64,000 nucleotides of DNA, taken from Mobula hypostoma. Its lineage: Eukaryota. Below are positions 24,640 through 37,474 of the stretch, one piece after another. How positions within the stretch are numbered: position 1 is the stretch's first letter; every line of letters begins with the position of its first letter. Location of the stretch: the NCBI RefSeq assembly GCF_963921235.1, contig NC_086097.1:39558001-39622000 (forward strand). The letters are read 5' to 3'. The notes below the pieces were generated by a model. That model saw only the letters and a list, made by a program, of their open reading frames with translations. It had not been told where the DNA came from and did no database searches. A program made the position numbers and the translations under genes.

Positions 24640-27170
24640 TGATATCAGAAGAATCGAGGGATAATACGGATAGAATAGGAAGATGCTGAGATAATGAATC
24701 AGCTTTGATCTTGTTATGAAAGCCACAGTGGCTTAGTTTGCTTCTATTTTGTATGCTCTTGTGTTCTCTGAGAAAATCTTGTATTATTGACCATTTTTGA
24801 TATGATATTAATCCATGTCTCAATCTCCTCACTTAGATGTAAAAGATTCCAAGGCATTAGTTAGACAAAAGTGTGAGCTTCTTACAGTACACTGGCTAAT
24901 GTTTCCTTCTAATCTGTGCAACAGAAAGAGGTTTATTTTATTTTTCATATATTTTGTTTAGAGATACAAATACAAATCTCCTTCTGGGCAGACGAATTCA
25001 CACCATCCAATTACACTCACATGACCAATTAAATTACTGACCCATACGTCTTTGGAAATGCGGGAGGAAACTGGAACACCTGGAGAAAACCCACATGGTT
25101 TTGGGGAGAATGTACAAACTCCTTACAGACACAGCTGCATTGAAACTGGTTTGCTGGCGCTGTACTAGTGTTATGCTAACCACTGCACTACGGTGCTGCC
25201 ATTCAACTCTGGTCCAGCTTTGGTTACTTGTCTTTACTATTTAAACCATGATCAGTGCCACGGGGGCCTTCCTGTTCCTTCGACACCTCTTTCATCTAAT
25301 TCTTTGCCTGTACTGATTCTAAACATAGATGTTTGCAGGGCCGTGCTCCGAGCTCCTCTGGACAACCAGTGCAGCCTCTAGTTCAGATTCTCTTTTTTCC
25401 TAACCTCGTCAAGAATACCTATTTCACCCAAATGTATTTGCATAACTCTAAGCCCCTTGAATTGAATTGACTTTATTACTTACATCCTTCACATACACGA
25501 GGAGTAAAAATCTTTATGTTACGTCTTCATCTAAATGTGCAATTTAGACTAATTTGTAATAAATACTATGTACAACAGAACAGTCAATATAGCTTAGAAA
25601 TACAATTGTATCAGTGTGAATTAATCAGTCTGATGGCCTGGTGGAAGAAGCTGTCCCAGAGCCTGTTGGTCCTGGCATTTAAGCTATAGTACCATTTCCC
25701 AGATGGTAGCAGCTGGAACAGTTTGTGGCTGGGGTGACTGGGTTCTCCAATGCCTTTATTTTTATTTCTTTAAGTCTCATCCTGTTGTTTTCCTGCTTGC
25801 TTATGGTTATCTTCATTCCTTTGCCATCCAGTCATTTGTCCTGGATTCTCATTCATGGCCATCACTGCCGCTGAGATTAATGTTTCTCCTGCAACAGCCT
25901 CAGCCTTAATTCTATTTGACTGAACCCATAATCACCCTTTGCCTATACTTGCCCTCGTAGGTCCCTGGTTGCATTGGTCTATTAAAACCAGCAATCTCAA
26001 TTTCTCATCCTTTTATTTTATTTGCCATCTGATAAAGCATGTTGTTTGGGAGTGACCCTCTCCAGTGTTCTAAACATCCCTGCCAGCCTTTGCATCTCCT
26101 TAATTGGACAATTGAATCATCACTGATTATCCCTCTCTAACTACAAAATGATCACTCCGTCTACAGAACAATCACTCTCCCTGTCAGTAGAATGATCATT
26201 CAATCTCAACCAGCAGTGACATCACTCTGAGCAATCACATACCTCATCAGCCCTAGCTTCCTTTCCTTGCCAAAGCTTCCTTGTCTACCTTGTCTAAATT
26301 ACCACAGCAATGGTATAGATCTTATTTCCACCTCTCACCTCGACTCTACTGATGCATTATCGCTCTCTGTCCTCCTTCCTTGTTGATGTATATTCACCCA
26401 GCTCCTCCTGTTGTCCTGCCTCATGTCAACCACATCTCTGCCGGGCCATTCTCCTGGCTTTTTTTCCCAGCCTCTTTCTCCTTGAGGTTTCAGTCTACTT
26501 CAAGATGGTCTTTGCCTCCTTGCTTATTACCTCCCCTCTTCCCAGATGACTTAATTGTGGCAACATGACATGAGACCTATGAGATATGTCTGAGGTTGAC
26601 AGAAATTGCACCATTCTGTAGATGAGCTAAAACAATTTAGTTTAAGTGAGTCTTGAATTTATTTTATCACCATCACCTTTTTTTTCCAAATGGACTGGAA
26701 ATCCATTATCCAATTACCCTTCCTTCCCACTGCTATTATTGTAATTATAGTGCTTTTGCCTCATGCTCAACTTTGAGCATGTCAAATAAAACTGTAATTA
26801 CACAGGATTAGCAATTCTAAATTGGCAGTCTGTTTGATTACGAGAAACCAAAAGCAGAACCTGCAAATATTAGTGAGGTGTGCTGTAAAATAAGAAGGAA
26901 ATTTTGTCCTTACAATTAAGTAGGAGTAGATAATCAAAACACGCAGGCAGTTGAAAGAATGGTAAGTGATCTTTCTTTGTCCTTTAAAGACCACAGAGTG
27001 GTGAAAATGATTGGTTGCCAAACTTACAAGGTTATAATCTTGGAGTTCTTAATGTCAAGTCAGACAGAAGAGCAAATGAACTTATTACTCTTTTTAATAA
27101 ACGTTCGCATTCACATAATTTTTGAGTTGCAGGGTTGCTGAAGACCCGATTTATGGAAATCTGGTTGTAT
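24640..27170 (+). pseudogene. Collagen relic blocks (24640-24930, 25205-25433, 25775-26560, 26924-27170)
   Basis: 24651-24704 ESR DNT DRI GRC *DN ESA (6 of 6). GPA LVT CLY YLN HDQ CHG GLP VPS. 26255-26299 SFL SLP KLP CLP CLN. GVD NQN TQA VER. Confidence 0.75.
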
Positions 27171-27659
27171 GCCTCAGGACTCAGGTTCAGGAACAGTTAT
27201 TACCCCTCAACCATCAGGCTCTTGAACCAAAAAGGATAACTTCACTCATCTTCACTTGACCCTTCACTGAACTGTTCCCACAAGCAATGGACTCACTTTC
27301 AAGGACTCTTCATCTCATGTTCTCAATATTTATTTTTATTTACTTATTATTTCTTCTTTTTTGTATTTGCACAGTTTGTTGTCTTCTATGCTCTGATTGA
27401 ACACCCTAGTTGGGCAGTCTTTCACTGATTCTGCTATGGTTATTATTCTATAGATTTATTGAGTACGCCCACAAGACAGTGAACACCTCCTCATCTGTAG
27501 TCTGTATACGTCCATGACCTCACTGCTGTTTTGCCTCACTTCTATGGAAACAATCAGAATCAGCTTCAATACAATTGCATATGCCTTGAAATTTGTTGTT
27601 TTGTGGCAGCAGTACATTGAATACATAATAATAAAAAACTATATGTTGTAATAAGCTGT

Positions 27660-28390
27660 TTAAGATCTCCCCCATCTCTTTCGGCTCCATGCATGGATGA
27701 CCACTCTGATCTTCAAGAGGTCCAATTTGTCCCTTGCTATCCTTTTGATCTTAATATGTCTGTAGAAACCCTTTGAATTCGCCTTCACCTTATCTGCTAG
27801 AGCAATCTCATGCTTTCTTTTAGTCCTCGTGATTTCCTTCTGAAATGTTCTTGTGCATTTCTTATACTCCTCAAGTACCTCATTTGCTCCTGCCTGCATA
27901 TTCCTGCTAGGCACCTCTTTCTTCTTCTTAATTAGGGACTTGCGATCTCTCAAAAATGAAAGTTCCATAAACCTGTCATTCTCGCCTTTTATTATGACAG
28001 GAACATACAAACTCTGTACTCTCAAAATTTCACTTTTGAAGACCAAGTACACCTTTCCCAGAAGACAATCTATCCCAATCCACAATTGCCAGAACTTTTC
28101 TGATACCACCAAAATTGTCTTCCCTCCAATATAGAATCTCAATTTGAGGACCAGTCCTATCCTTTTCCATAACTATCTTGAAATTAATGGCAATATGATT
28201 ATTAGATGCAAAATATTCCTCAACACAAACTTCTGTGACCTGTCCTGTCTCATTCCCTAATAGGAGAGCTAGTATTACACTCTCTCTAGTTAGGATCTCT
28301 ATGTATTGATTAAGGCAATTTTTCTGAATACATTTCATCTGATCCAGCTCTTTAACAGTGTGGAAGTCCAGGCCAATATATGGAAAGTAA
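27660..28390 (-). mobile_element. CR1 ORF2 fragment (endonuclease end and linker)
   Basis: Minus ORFs 28030-28338 (LLLGNETGQVTEVCV..) and 27660-28142 (KRKHEIALADKVKANSKGFYRHIK). Confidence 0.85.
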
Positions 28391-28394
28391 TATC

Positions 28395-31300
28395 CTTGCA
28401 GGCAGGTTGGCTAAATTTGTTTGGGAAGTTTAAAACTAATTTGCCAGAAGGAAGGGAACCAGAATAATAGTGCTGAGGATGAGGTAGTTGGTTTACAAAC
28501 AGAGGCAATGTGTAGCAAGAAGAGACTGATGATAGGGCAAACTTGCAGTCAACAGGATGAGATGCAACTTAAAAGGCGCAAAAAATTAAAAAGGGTGAAT
28601 ACCGGACAGAAGGTGTTATATTTGAAGGCATGCAGTATACAGAATAAGGTAGATGAAATTGTAGCACAGTTACAGATTGGCAAGTATGATATTGTAGGCA
28701 CCACTGGATCATGGCTGACAGAAGATTATAGCTAGGAACTTAATGTCTATGATATACATTTTATCGAAAAGACAGGCAGGAAGACAGATGGGGTGGCATT
28801 GCTCGGTTGGTAAAAATTTAGATCAAATAATTAGAAAGAGGTGATATAGGGTCAGAATGTGTTGAATCATTGTGGATAGAGATATGGAACTGCAAGGCTA
28901 AAAATGCTCTGATGAGAGTTGTATGCAGACCCCCAAATAGTAGTAAGGACTTGGTCTACAAATTACAACAGGAGATAGAAGATGCATGCCAAAAGGGCAA
29001 TGTTGCAATAATCATGGGGGATTTCAATATGCAAGTACATTAGGAAAATCAGGTTGGTGCTGGATTCGAAGAGGAGGAATGTCTTGAATGTTTACGAGGT
29101 GACTTTTTAGAGTAACTTGTGGTTGAGCCCAGCAGGGATCAGCTATTTGGGATTGTAAAATGAACTAGAATTGATTAGAGAGCTTAAGGTAAAAGAACCC
29201 TTAGGGAGAAGCGATCATAATATGATAGAATTCACCCTAATTTTGAGAAGGAGAAGCTAAAGTCAGATGTATCAGTATTACAATGGAGTAAAGAGAATTA
29301 CAGAGGCGTGAGAGAGGAGTTGGCCGGAATTGACTGGAAAAGAATACTGGCAGGGGTGATAGCAGAGCAGTATTGGCTGGAATTTCTGGAGGCAATTCAG
29401 AAGGCACAGGATACATACATCCCAAAGAGGAAGAAGTATTCTAAAGGAAAGATGACATAACCATGGCTAATAAGAGAAGTCAAAGCCAACACAAAAGCCA
29501 AAGAGAGGGCATATAATAGAACAAAGTTAGTAGGAAGTTAGAGGATTGGGAATCTTTAAAAACTAACAGACAACAACTAAAATGTTGTTAAGAAGGTAAA
29601 GATAGAACATGAAATTAAGCTAGCCAATAATATTAAAGATAATACCAAAAGTTTCTTCAGATACATGAAGTGTAAAAGAGAGGTGAGCGTGATATCAGAC
29701 CACTGGAAAACAATGCTGGAGTGGTAGCACTAGGGGAACAAGGAAATGGCAGACAAACTGAATAAGTATTTTGCATCAGTCTTCAGTGTGGAAGACACTA
29801 GCAGTATGCCGGAATTTCGAGTGTCAGTAGGCAGAAATGTGTGAAGTTGCCATTACTAGGGAGAAGGTTCTTGGGAAAGTGAAAGGTCTGAAGGTAGATA
29901 AGTCATCTGGATAAGATGGTATGCACCCCATGATTCTGAAAGAGGTGGCTGAAGAGATTGTAGAGGCATTTGTAATAATCTTTCAAAAATCACTAGTTTC
30001 TGAAGTAGTTCTGGAAGACTGGAAAATTGCAAATGTCACTCCACTCTTCAAGAAGGGAGAAAGGTAGAAGAAAGGAAATTATAGGCCAGTTAGTCTTACC
30101 TCAGTGGTTAGGAAGGTGTTGGAGTCAATTATTAAGGTTGATGTCTCAAGGTTCTCAGAGGCACATGATATGATAGGCCATAGTCAGCATGGTTTCCTTA
30201 AGGGAAAATCTTGCCTAGCAAATCTGCTGGAATTCTTCGAAGAAATAACAAGCAGGATAGACAAAGGAGAATTGGTTGATGTTGTGTACTTTTATTTTCA
30301 GAAGGCTTTTGACAAGGTGCCACAGGTGAGCCTGCTTAACGTGGTGTTACAGGAAATATTCTCACATGGGTAAAGCAATGACTGATTGGTAGGAGGCAAG
30401 GAGAGGGAATAAAAGGAGTCTTTTCTGGTTAGGTGCCAGTGAATAGTGGTGTTCCAGAAGGGTCTGTGTTGGGAACGCTTCTTTTCATGTTATATGTCAA
30501 TGATTTGATGATAGATTTGATGTCTTTGTTGCAAAGTTTGCAGATGATATGAAGATAGGTGTAAGGGCAGGTAGTTTAGTGGAAGTAGAGAGGCTACAGG
30601 ACTTAGACAGATTAGGAGAATGGGCAAAGAAATGGCAGATGGAATACTGTGTTGGGAAGTGTATGGTAATGCACTTTGTTAAAAGAAATATATGGATAGA
30701 CATTTTATAAATGGAGAGAAAGTACAAACAACTGAGCTGCAAAGGGACTTGGGAGTCCTTGTGCAGGATTCCCTTAAGATTAATTTGCATGTTGAGTCTG
30801 TGGTGAGGAAGGCAAATACAATGTTAGCATTCATTTCTAGAGGACTAGAATATAAAAACAAGGATGTAATGTTGAGACTTTTCAAAACCCTGGTGAGGCT
30901 TCACTTGGAGTATTGTGAGCAGGTTTAGGCCCGTTATCTTACAAAGGATGTGCTGAAACTGGAGAGGATACAAAGAGGTTCATGAAAATGATTCCAGGAT
31001 TGAACGGCTTGTCGTATGAAGAGCATTTGATGGCTCTGGGATTGTATTCACTAGAATTCTGAAGAATGAAGAGTGAAAGGCCTTGACAGAGCATATGTGG
31101 AGAGGATGTTTCCTATAGTGGGAGAGTCTAAGACCAGAGGACACAGCTTCAGAATAGAGGTGTGTCCTTTTAGAACGAAGATGATGAGGAAGTTCTTTAG
31201 CCAGAGAGTGGTGAATCTGTGGAATTCTTTGCTACAGGCAACTGTGGGGGCCAAGTCTTTATGTATCTTTAAGGTAGAAGTTGACAGATTCTTGATTGGT

Positions 31301-31418
31301 CAGGGCATGAAAGGATATGAGGAGAAGGCAGAAGATTGGTGCTGAGAGGAAAATAGATCCACCACGGAGCAGACTTGATGGGACAAATCGCCCAATTCTG
31401 CTCCTATGTCTTATGGTC
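28395..31418 (+). mobile_element. Near full-length CR1 ORF2 (APE endonuclease and RT) with 3' UTR, disrupted
   Basis: ACSIQNKVDE..YDIVG, GDFNM, SDHN, SQHGFLKGKSCLANL, DFQKAFDKVP-like, KFADD, RKFFSQRVVNLWNSL, ctcctatgtcttatggtctta tail. Confidence 0.95.
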
Positions 31419-31559
31419 TTAGAATTTCCTACCACCACAACTTTATGTTTCTTGCAACTGTCTGTGATCTCTCTACAAATTTGCACCTCTAAGTTCCACT
31501 TACTGTTCTGTGGTCTATAATATAATCTCATATGTAATCCTATATATAATATAATCCTA

Positions 31560-32322
31560 GTTTGATACAGCAGCAACATTACCTTGTGGCTCTTTGACAC
31601 TTTTCCAGATCAAACTCCATCTGCCACTTCTCAACCCAGCCCCGCGTTCTATCAATGTCTCGTTGTAACTTATGACAGCATTCTCCGACAAGTAGTTTGG
31701 ACAATGCTTGTGAAATAGCCTGCCTACCAACAATGGGCAAACAGTTGTTCCAAATTTCTTGACAAATAACCCAGGCAAGGGGTAGGTTTCCTTGGAAACT
31801 GTGAGGTAAGGTAATTGTGAATTTAAGCTCTTACGTGATTCTGTCAGAAAGGCTCAGTGATTCCCAGAAGAGCAATTTGTGCCCATCAAGAAGCAGCTGG
31901 TGTGTCGTACACCATGCCATTATATTATATTTGTCTCAGTTACATTCAGAGCATGCTAGAAGTATTAATGTCTTTCTTTGTTTTTTCCTGATGGCTTCGA
32001 GTGTGAAATGGTGTAATCCCAATCTTCAAAGCTGTGACTGTGTTGGATACTTTACAGCCTGCATGCGTTTAATGTATGCCAAGGGAACATTGGATAGGAT
32101 CGACTCTGTGTGCTCTCTACACAACAAGCTTGTAAATTTCAGAGGGGAAGTGTTTCTGGATGCATGCTGGGAAATCACTCTCCTGTTTGCCACTTTCCCA
32201 TTGGCTTGAGAGTGAGGATTAAATAGCCCTTAAGGAGATATAAATCTCTTAAAATGGGGGAAAATATCTCATTTTCAAAAGAAAAGGAACGCGCTTAGAT
32301 ACACAAAGAAGACAAAGAATTA
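31560..32322 (+). pseudogene. Collagen relic block
   Basis: SLP TNN GQT VVP NFL . NNP GKG..GFL GNC. NLQ SCD CVG YFT ACM RLM YAK GTL DRI DSV CSL. 32207-32242 *E* GLN SP* GDI. Confidence 0.8.
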
Positions 32323-33439
32323 AGTAATTCAACTGGGTTTGTTACTTGAGGAACATGTACAAAATACTGGAGGAACTCAGCTGGTCAGGCAGCATCTATG
32401 GAGGGGAATAAAAAGTTGATGTTTCGGGCCAAGATTGGAAAGGAAGGGGACAAAATCCAGAGTAAGGTGGGGGACATGGAAGGAGCACAAGCTGGCTGGT
32501 GATAGGTGAGACCTGGTGAGGTGGAAAGTTGTCTGGTGGCATCGTGGCATCTGCACCGGCATTTGAGGTGAATGATCCCAGGTTCAAATCCGGCCGGCTT
32601 CTTTCACGCTTCCCATCCATGTTGACCGTCGAGCTAACAACTCGGCCTTGTAAAGAACAGACAAATGTTGAATAAGTGGCAGGGTTGCTTCCCGATGAAC
32701 CACAAGGTGTGGAGAGGAACAACATGGTGAGGTGGAAGGTGGGTGGGTGGGGAGGGTGGATGGAGTAGGAAGCACAGAATGCTTGTTACTTGCCCTTTGA
32801 ATCCAGTGATGCATTTTAACATGCAGTATGTAGAAAACAGGGTGGATGAGGGTCCGGGGGGTGGGGTGTAGCACCCCTGGTGAAGGGGCTTGTTCTGCCC
32901 ATTCTGGGGCAACTGGCTCACCTTTGGTCCCTTCTGGACACTCAGCTCTCACTCTCACCTGTGCTCCACGTAGCTGTCTGCATGTGATGGCGGCCACACC
33001 CTAGCACACCGCATCAACAGGCAGGCTAAACTAGGGAAGGGTAGCCAGCAGGCCTCATATCCTGATGTGATAGGGACATGCCTGTCTAGTGTGTGAAGTC
33101 AGCTCTGGCAGACTGGGCGGATGAGATCAACGATCAGATCCAGCGGCGAGGAAGGAGGTTCTGCAACACCTTGCAGGGTGTGAATGGCATCACAAGGCAC
33201 AGCAGAAGTCAGGGTCATCCACTGCAGCCGAGAAAGGTCCCAGTTGTGTCCACTAATCGTATCACTGGACCCAGACTTCCGACGTCGAGAGAGTGGAACT
33301 GCTCGGGTGCAGCAGCTTCATCCACTTTAAAAACTCTCCTGCACAGGTTTCTTCATGCAGTCCGCATCACTGAAGAACTGAACAAATCTAACTGTCATCG
33401 TCCGAAACGATGGACAACCGATCAATCGTGTAGAATAAC

Positions 33440-33897
33440 ATTGAAAACCGCAAGGTTTTAGTGAGATGTCTGGCGCCTGTTTCTGTTGCTATGCCCAGAA
33501 ATGTAATCAGTGTGTTCCACAAGAAAGTGGAAATACTAGCAGTCAATGCTTCTCACCCTATTGGCTTCCCTGCGAGTTTTAACGGGCCATTGTTCTGCAC
33601 AGCTAGAGGCACTTGCAAACACTTTCAACTTGGAGGCTTCTTATTAAATAATTGCATGGATGTTATTCGGTCAAGGTACATAAAAGGTTGGAAAGATAAC
33701 TGCTGCTGAGATAAAGGTGTGATGGTAAACCATCCATAGCACAAAAATGAATTCTGGCCACAGCAGGCTGCATATTAGTCGAGGCTGTATGTTTATAGGA
33801 ATGGTTCCCCGAGGAGCAGATAAACTAATAAGGAAAATAGACCAAAAAGCATGTTGATTTATTGTGACTGGGAAGACACAGACCTCAGAATTGAGGT
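33440..33897 (+). pseudogene. Collagen relic block
   Basis: 33563 GFP ASF NGP LFC TAR GTC KHF QLG GFL LNN CMD VIR; YIK GWK DNC; *DK GV. GKP; R GAD. Confidence 0.8.
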
Positions 33898-33914
33898 TGT
33901 TTTGTCCTACATTG

Positions 33915-34416
33915 AAAAGAACCTGCATTTATAAAGCACCTTTCTCAGCCATCCCCAAACAATTTAGAGCCAGTGAAGAGCAAAAGCACGACAGCAGATT
34001 TAAAGAGTGGGATTATAGCATTTCACACATCAAATGGTGCTCATCAAAATCCAAGAAAGACATTAAACCCTCTAGCGTGCTCTGAATGTAGCTCTTTCAA
34101 ATGTAGTGCACAGTGCACAGCTCACATTTTCAGTTTCGCCGGCAGCATCTTGATTTGAGTGTCAGATATAGTCACTGTTGTACCATAGGAGAGGCAATTA
34201 GCAAGATTTCATAAACATGATAATGACCAAATAATCTGTTGCTCTGGTAATGTGTGAGGGATAATTGTTGGCAAGGCCAACCAGGCTATCTCTTCACCTA
34301 TTCGATTAGTACTGCGTTGGAGTGTCAGGCTGGAATTTTCTCCTTGACTCTCAGTGTTGACACTCAAACTAAAACCATTCTAACTCAGAGGTGAGAGTGG
34401 CTCTGAACCACAGCTG
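33915..34416 (-). mobile_element. Old Deu-domain SINE relic
   Basis: aaagaacctgcatttataaagcacctttc (3' end), taatgacca.ataatctgtt..tgagggataa.t.ttggc (Deu core) and actcagaggtgagagtg..ctgaaccacagctg (head), all as reverse complement. Confidence 0.65.
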
Positions 34417-34429
34417 TATATAATTCATT

Positions 34430-37400
34430 CGTCCATTGCTTAATACTGCTTATTTGAAAATGTTTCAAATGAATGTTACATGACAATGCTTGCGACTCAT
34501 TTTGGACCTATTGCTGCTGCTTTTCATTTGAGTTTGGGGAACGACAAATATCAACAGATCCTTTAATGCAGGGTGCATGTCTGGAAGTTAATAAATACTG
34601 GAAGTATTACATATTTTGCATCAGCACACGATTAAAATCTGTAAAGTGGAACTAACTTCAGAACAAACTTAGCATTGCCTATCCACTCATTTGAGTTGTT
34701 CTTCATTAAGGCAGGTGAGAAGGATAAAGCTATGGACAGAGCATCCATAATGAAGGTAGCCAACACTTCAGTGATCTCCAGTGTTGTCTGTAGGGAGACT
34801 TTATGTTCTCCCTGAGATCACAGGGGTTTCCTGTGGGTAGTTTGGTTTCCTTCCATATCCCAAGATTGTGCAGACTGGTAGATTAATTGGTAATTGTAAA
34901 TTGCCTCTTGAGTGTAGATGAGTAGTAGAATCTGGGAGGAATTGATGGGAATGTGGGGAGAATAAAATGGGTTAGGACACTCTCCTCTCCTATTAGACTC
35001 CAGCTTCTTCAGCCCTTTACCTTTTCCACCTACCATCTCACCCCTCCCCCACCCACCTGTCTTCACCTATCACTTCGAGCCTGTACTCCTTCCCCTTCTC
35101 CCACCACCTTATTCTGGCTTCTTCCCCCTTCCTTTCCAATCCTGGTGAAGGGTCACGGCCTGAAACGTCGACTGTTTATTCCTTTCCCTAGATGCTGCCT
35201 GACCTGCTGAGTTCCTCCAGCATTTTGCGTGCTACTCTGGACTACCAGCATCTGAGGAGTCTCTTGTGTGTATTATTGTGTGAAAATGGGCGTTCAGTGG
35301 TCAGTACAGGCTCAGTGGGCTGAAAGGCCCGTGTTTGTGCCATTATCTCTTCGTAACTCGATGACTGTGACAATGCAAAACCTGCTCTAAAACTAGTTGA
35401 GACGTTACAAAATGCCATTCTGTTTTAGCATTTGACCTTTATTGCAACAAAAGTACTTTCACTGGGACAATTCTGAACTTCTGAAAGACTGGCGAATGGG
35501 TTTAGTGGTTCTGATACCTGTTTATTTCAAAGGCCGACTGGAACAAATCCATACTTGGTGTAATCATGCTTGTTACTGATATGTTGGTTTGTAAATTTTA
35601 TTGACAGCTAATCCACAGGAGGTCAAGGAAGGAAGCACATGAGTAAATATCAACAGATGCATTCACCTCCTATGGTATTTTTTTCAAGTTACAGATTGTT
35701 CTTTAGAAATTTATTATAAAGCCCTATGGTTCAGCACAGCATGTTGGGATGTTAAATTTGGTCATGTCTGTGTGTGTACAAAACTGTCTTTACTGCATAG
35801 TGTTACGTACCCCGTAACTGGGTTGCCAAACCAGCAGAAATGGACCTCTCAGTTGGAGTCTGGATTACTGGAACTAAGAAAGTTTTATTAAAGAAATAAG
35901 CAACACAGTACTCTAATAGTAAGGATATAAATGCAACAGGTTAGCAATGAATAAACACACATGTACACAGAACTAGGATAATAGGATCAATCAAGCTCTA
36001 TCGCCGTCTAGGGGTAAATGTGGGAGAGAGAGAACGAATGAATATTCAAATCGGATTCCAAACAGACCTTCGATATTCCTCGCAGTCAGCTTTTGGGCGA
36101 GCCCTTTGTAATGTCTTCTGAGGTCACCGACTGTGACCCCTCCGTTCCAGATACGATCGTTCTTCTGCGGTGAACCCAGCACCCAGGCAAGGGTGGACAC
36201 ACACACCAGGTTCCCGCCAATCCGTACTTTTCTACCCTGTGCATCTATGGCTGGTCCTGCGATCAGACCTCCAAAATACTCCCACCGACTTGTGGGGGGC
36301 ACACTGCTTCCAGGGTCTCGTTACCTCGTGGTGTTGTGTGTCTGTGTCTTAGCGAACCTGCCCCTTTTTATCCCCCTGCTGGGGTATCGCCTGTCCATCA
36401 CACTTCAAACAGTTCAGGGTTCAAAAGGAGCCGGTCTTGACAATACTCAGACCGGTGTCTCCTTCCGTTAAACTCTCTCGTCTCTTCATTAACATTTCCA
36501 AATGCTGCTCCATTGTCTTACTTATCTCTCTCTCTCCTGAAGACAGGTGGCAGATCAACTGTTGATCCCACTGGTGCTAGCACAGGACAGTTAACATCTT
36601 AGTCTAGGTGTACTTTTGTAACCCTCTTTCGTCACAATAGGCACCCCAGTCACCCCTTTAACAGTGGCGTACTTAGATCTGTACTTCCTGCTGGTTGGCC
36701 TGCCTTGTGTATAAAGTGGTGTCTGTCGGCGTTGGCTATCAGCTCTGCTAGCCTCTACTGAGACTGGCTGCTGGCAATATTGTGTTTTCTTACAACTGAT
36801 AACGCAGCTACTTTGAGCTGATCATTATTGCTGGTGTGTCCTGAGCCTCTTTCAAAAGCTAAGATTGAAGGAGCTGTAAATATTATGCAGAATATTTTTG
36901 TTGACTGAACAATTCCTTCAAAAATTGTGAAATGTGAACCAATGGCTTTGCTTCCTCCCGCCGATAATAAAAAACTGGAGTTATTCTGTTTATTTCTCAA
37001 CCTATTTATATCCACAGAAGCACATTTCTGATATCAACCATTAACCTTTCATACAGAGGGATTATGTTCCATGTTAGAAACACTAGGCAAGTTGGCGGCA
37101 TCTGTGGAAAGGAAAGAGGGTTAACACTGCAGCTGGAAAATACTTCAATAATTTTGTTGAAGGTTTCTTACTCCTGATATTGCCTGACCTATTGAGTGTT
37201 TTTGGTTTTCATTTCAGGTTTTCAGCCCCTGTAGTTCTTTTGATTTTCAGTTTTTTTCTGTGTTAGCTTGGTGGGGATGTTTGTGCTACTGGTCACTCAC
37301 ACACCCCTGATTCCAGCCTGGCTCCTACAGCTCTGTAATAAGGGAGATAGACTTGCCTCCAGGCTTCTTTTCATTGCCACGTGCAGAATGCCCAGCATTT

Positions 37401-37470
37401 ATGTAGCCCAGTGTCTCCTGTAAAGCCCATCCTTGCTTCGTGCATTGGCTCATCTAGTTTTACTTTTCAT
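34430..37470 (+). pseudogene. Collagen relic blocks (34430-34800, 35440-35800, 36640-36875, 37270-37470)
   Basis: GER QIS TDP LMQ GAC; GFS GSD; GGQ GRK. After the LTR: SHP FNS GVL RSV LPA GWP ALC. GDV CAT GHS HTP; 37402-37464 CSP VSP VKP ILA SCI GSS SFT. Confidence 0.8.
35801..36636. mobile_element. Solo LTR (836 bp), 4-bp TSD
   Basis: TGTTACG...CGTCACA termini; ATAG duplicated at 35797-35800 and 36637-36640. Confidence 0.85.
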
Positions 37471-37474
37471 ATTA

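Noticed and set aside
33460..33900. Conserved non-coding or enhancer-like unique sequence
   Set aside because: It reads as decayed Gly-X-Y, and conservation cannot be judged from this window.
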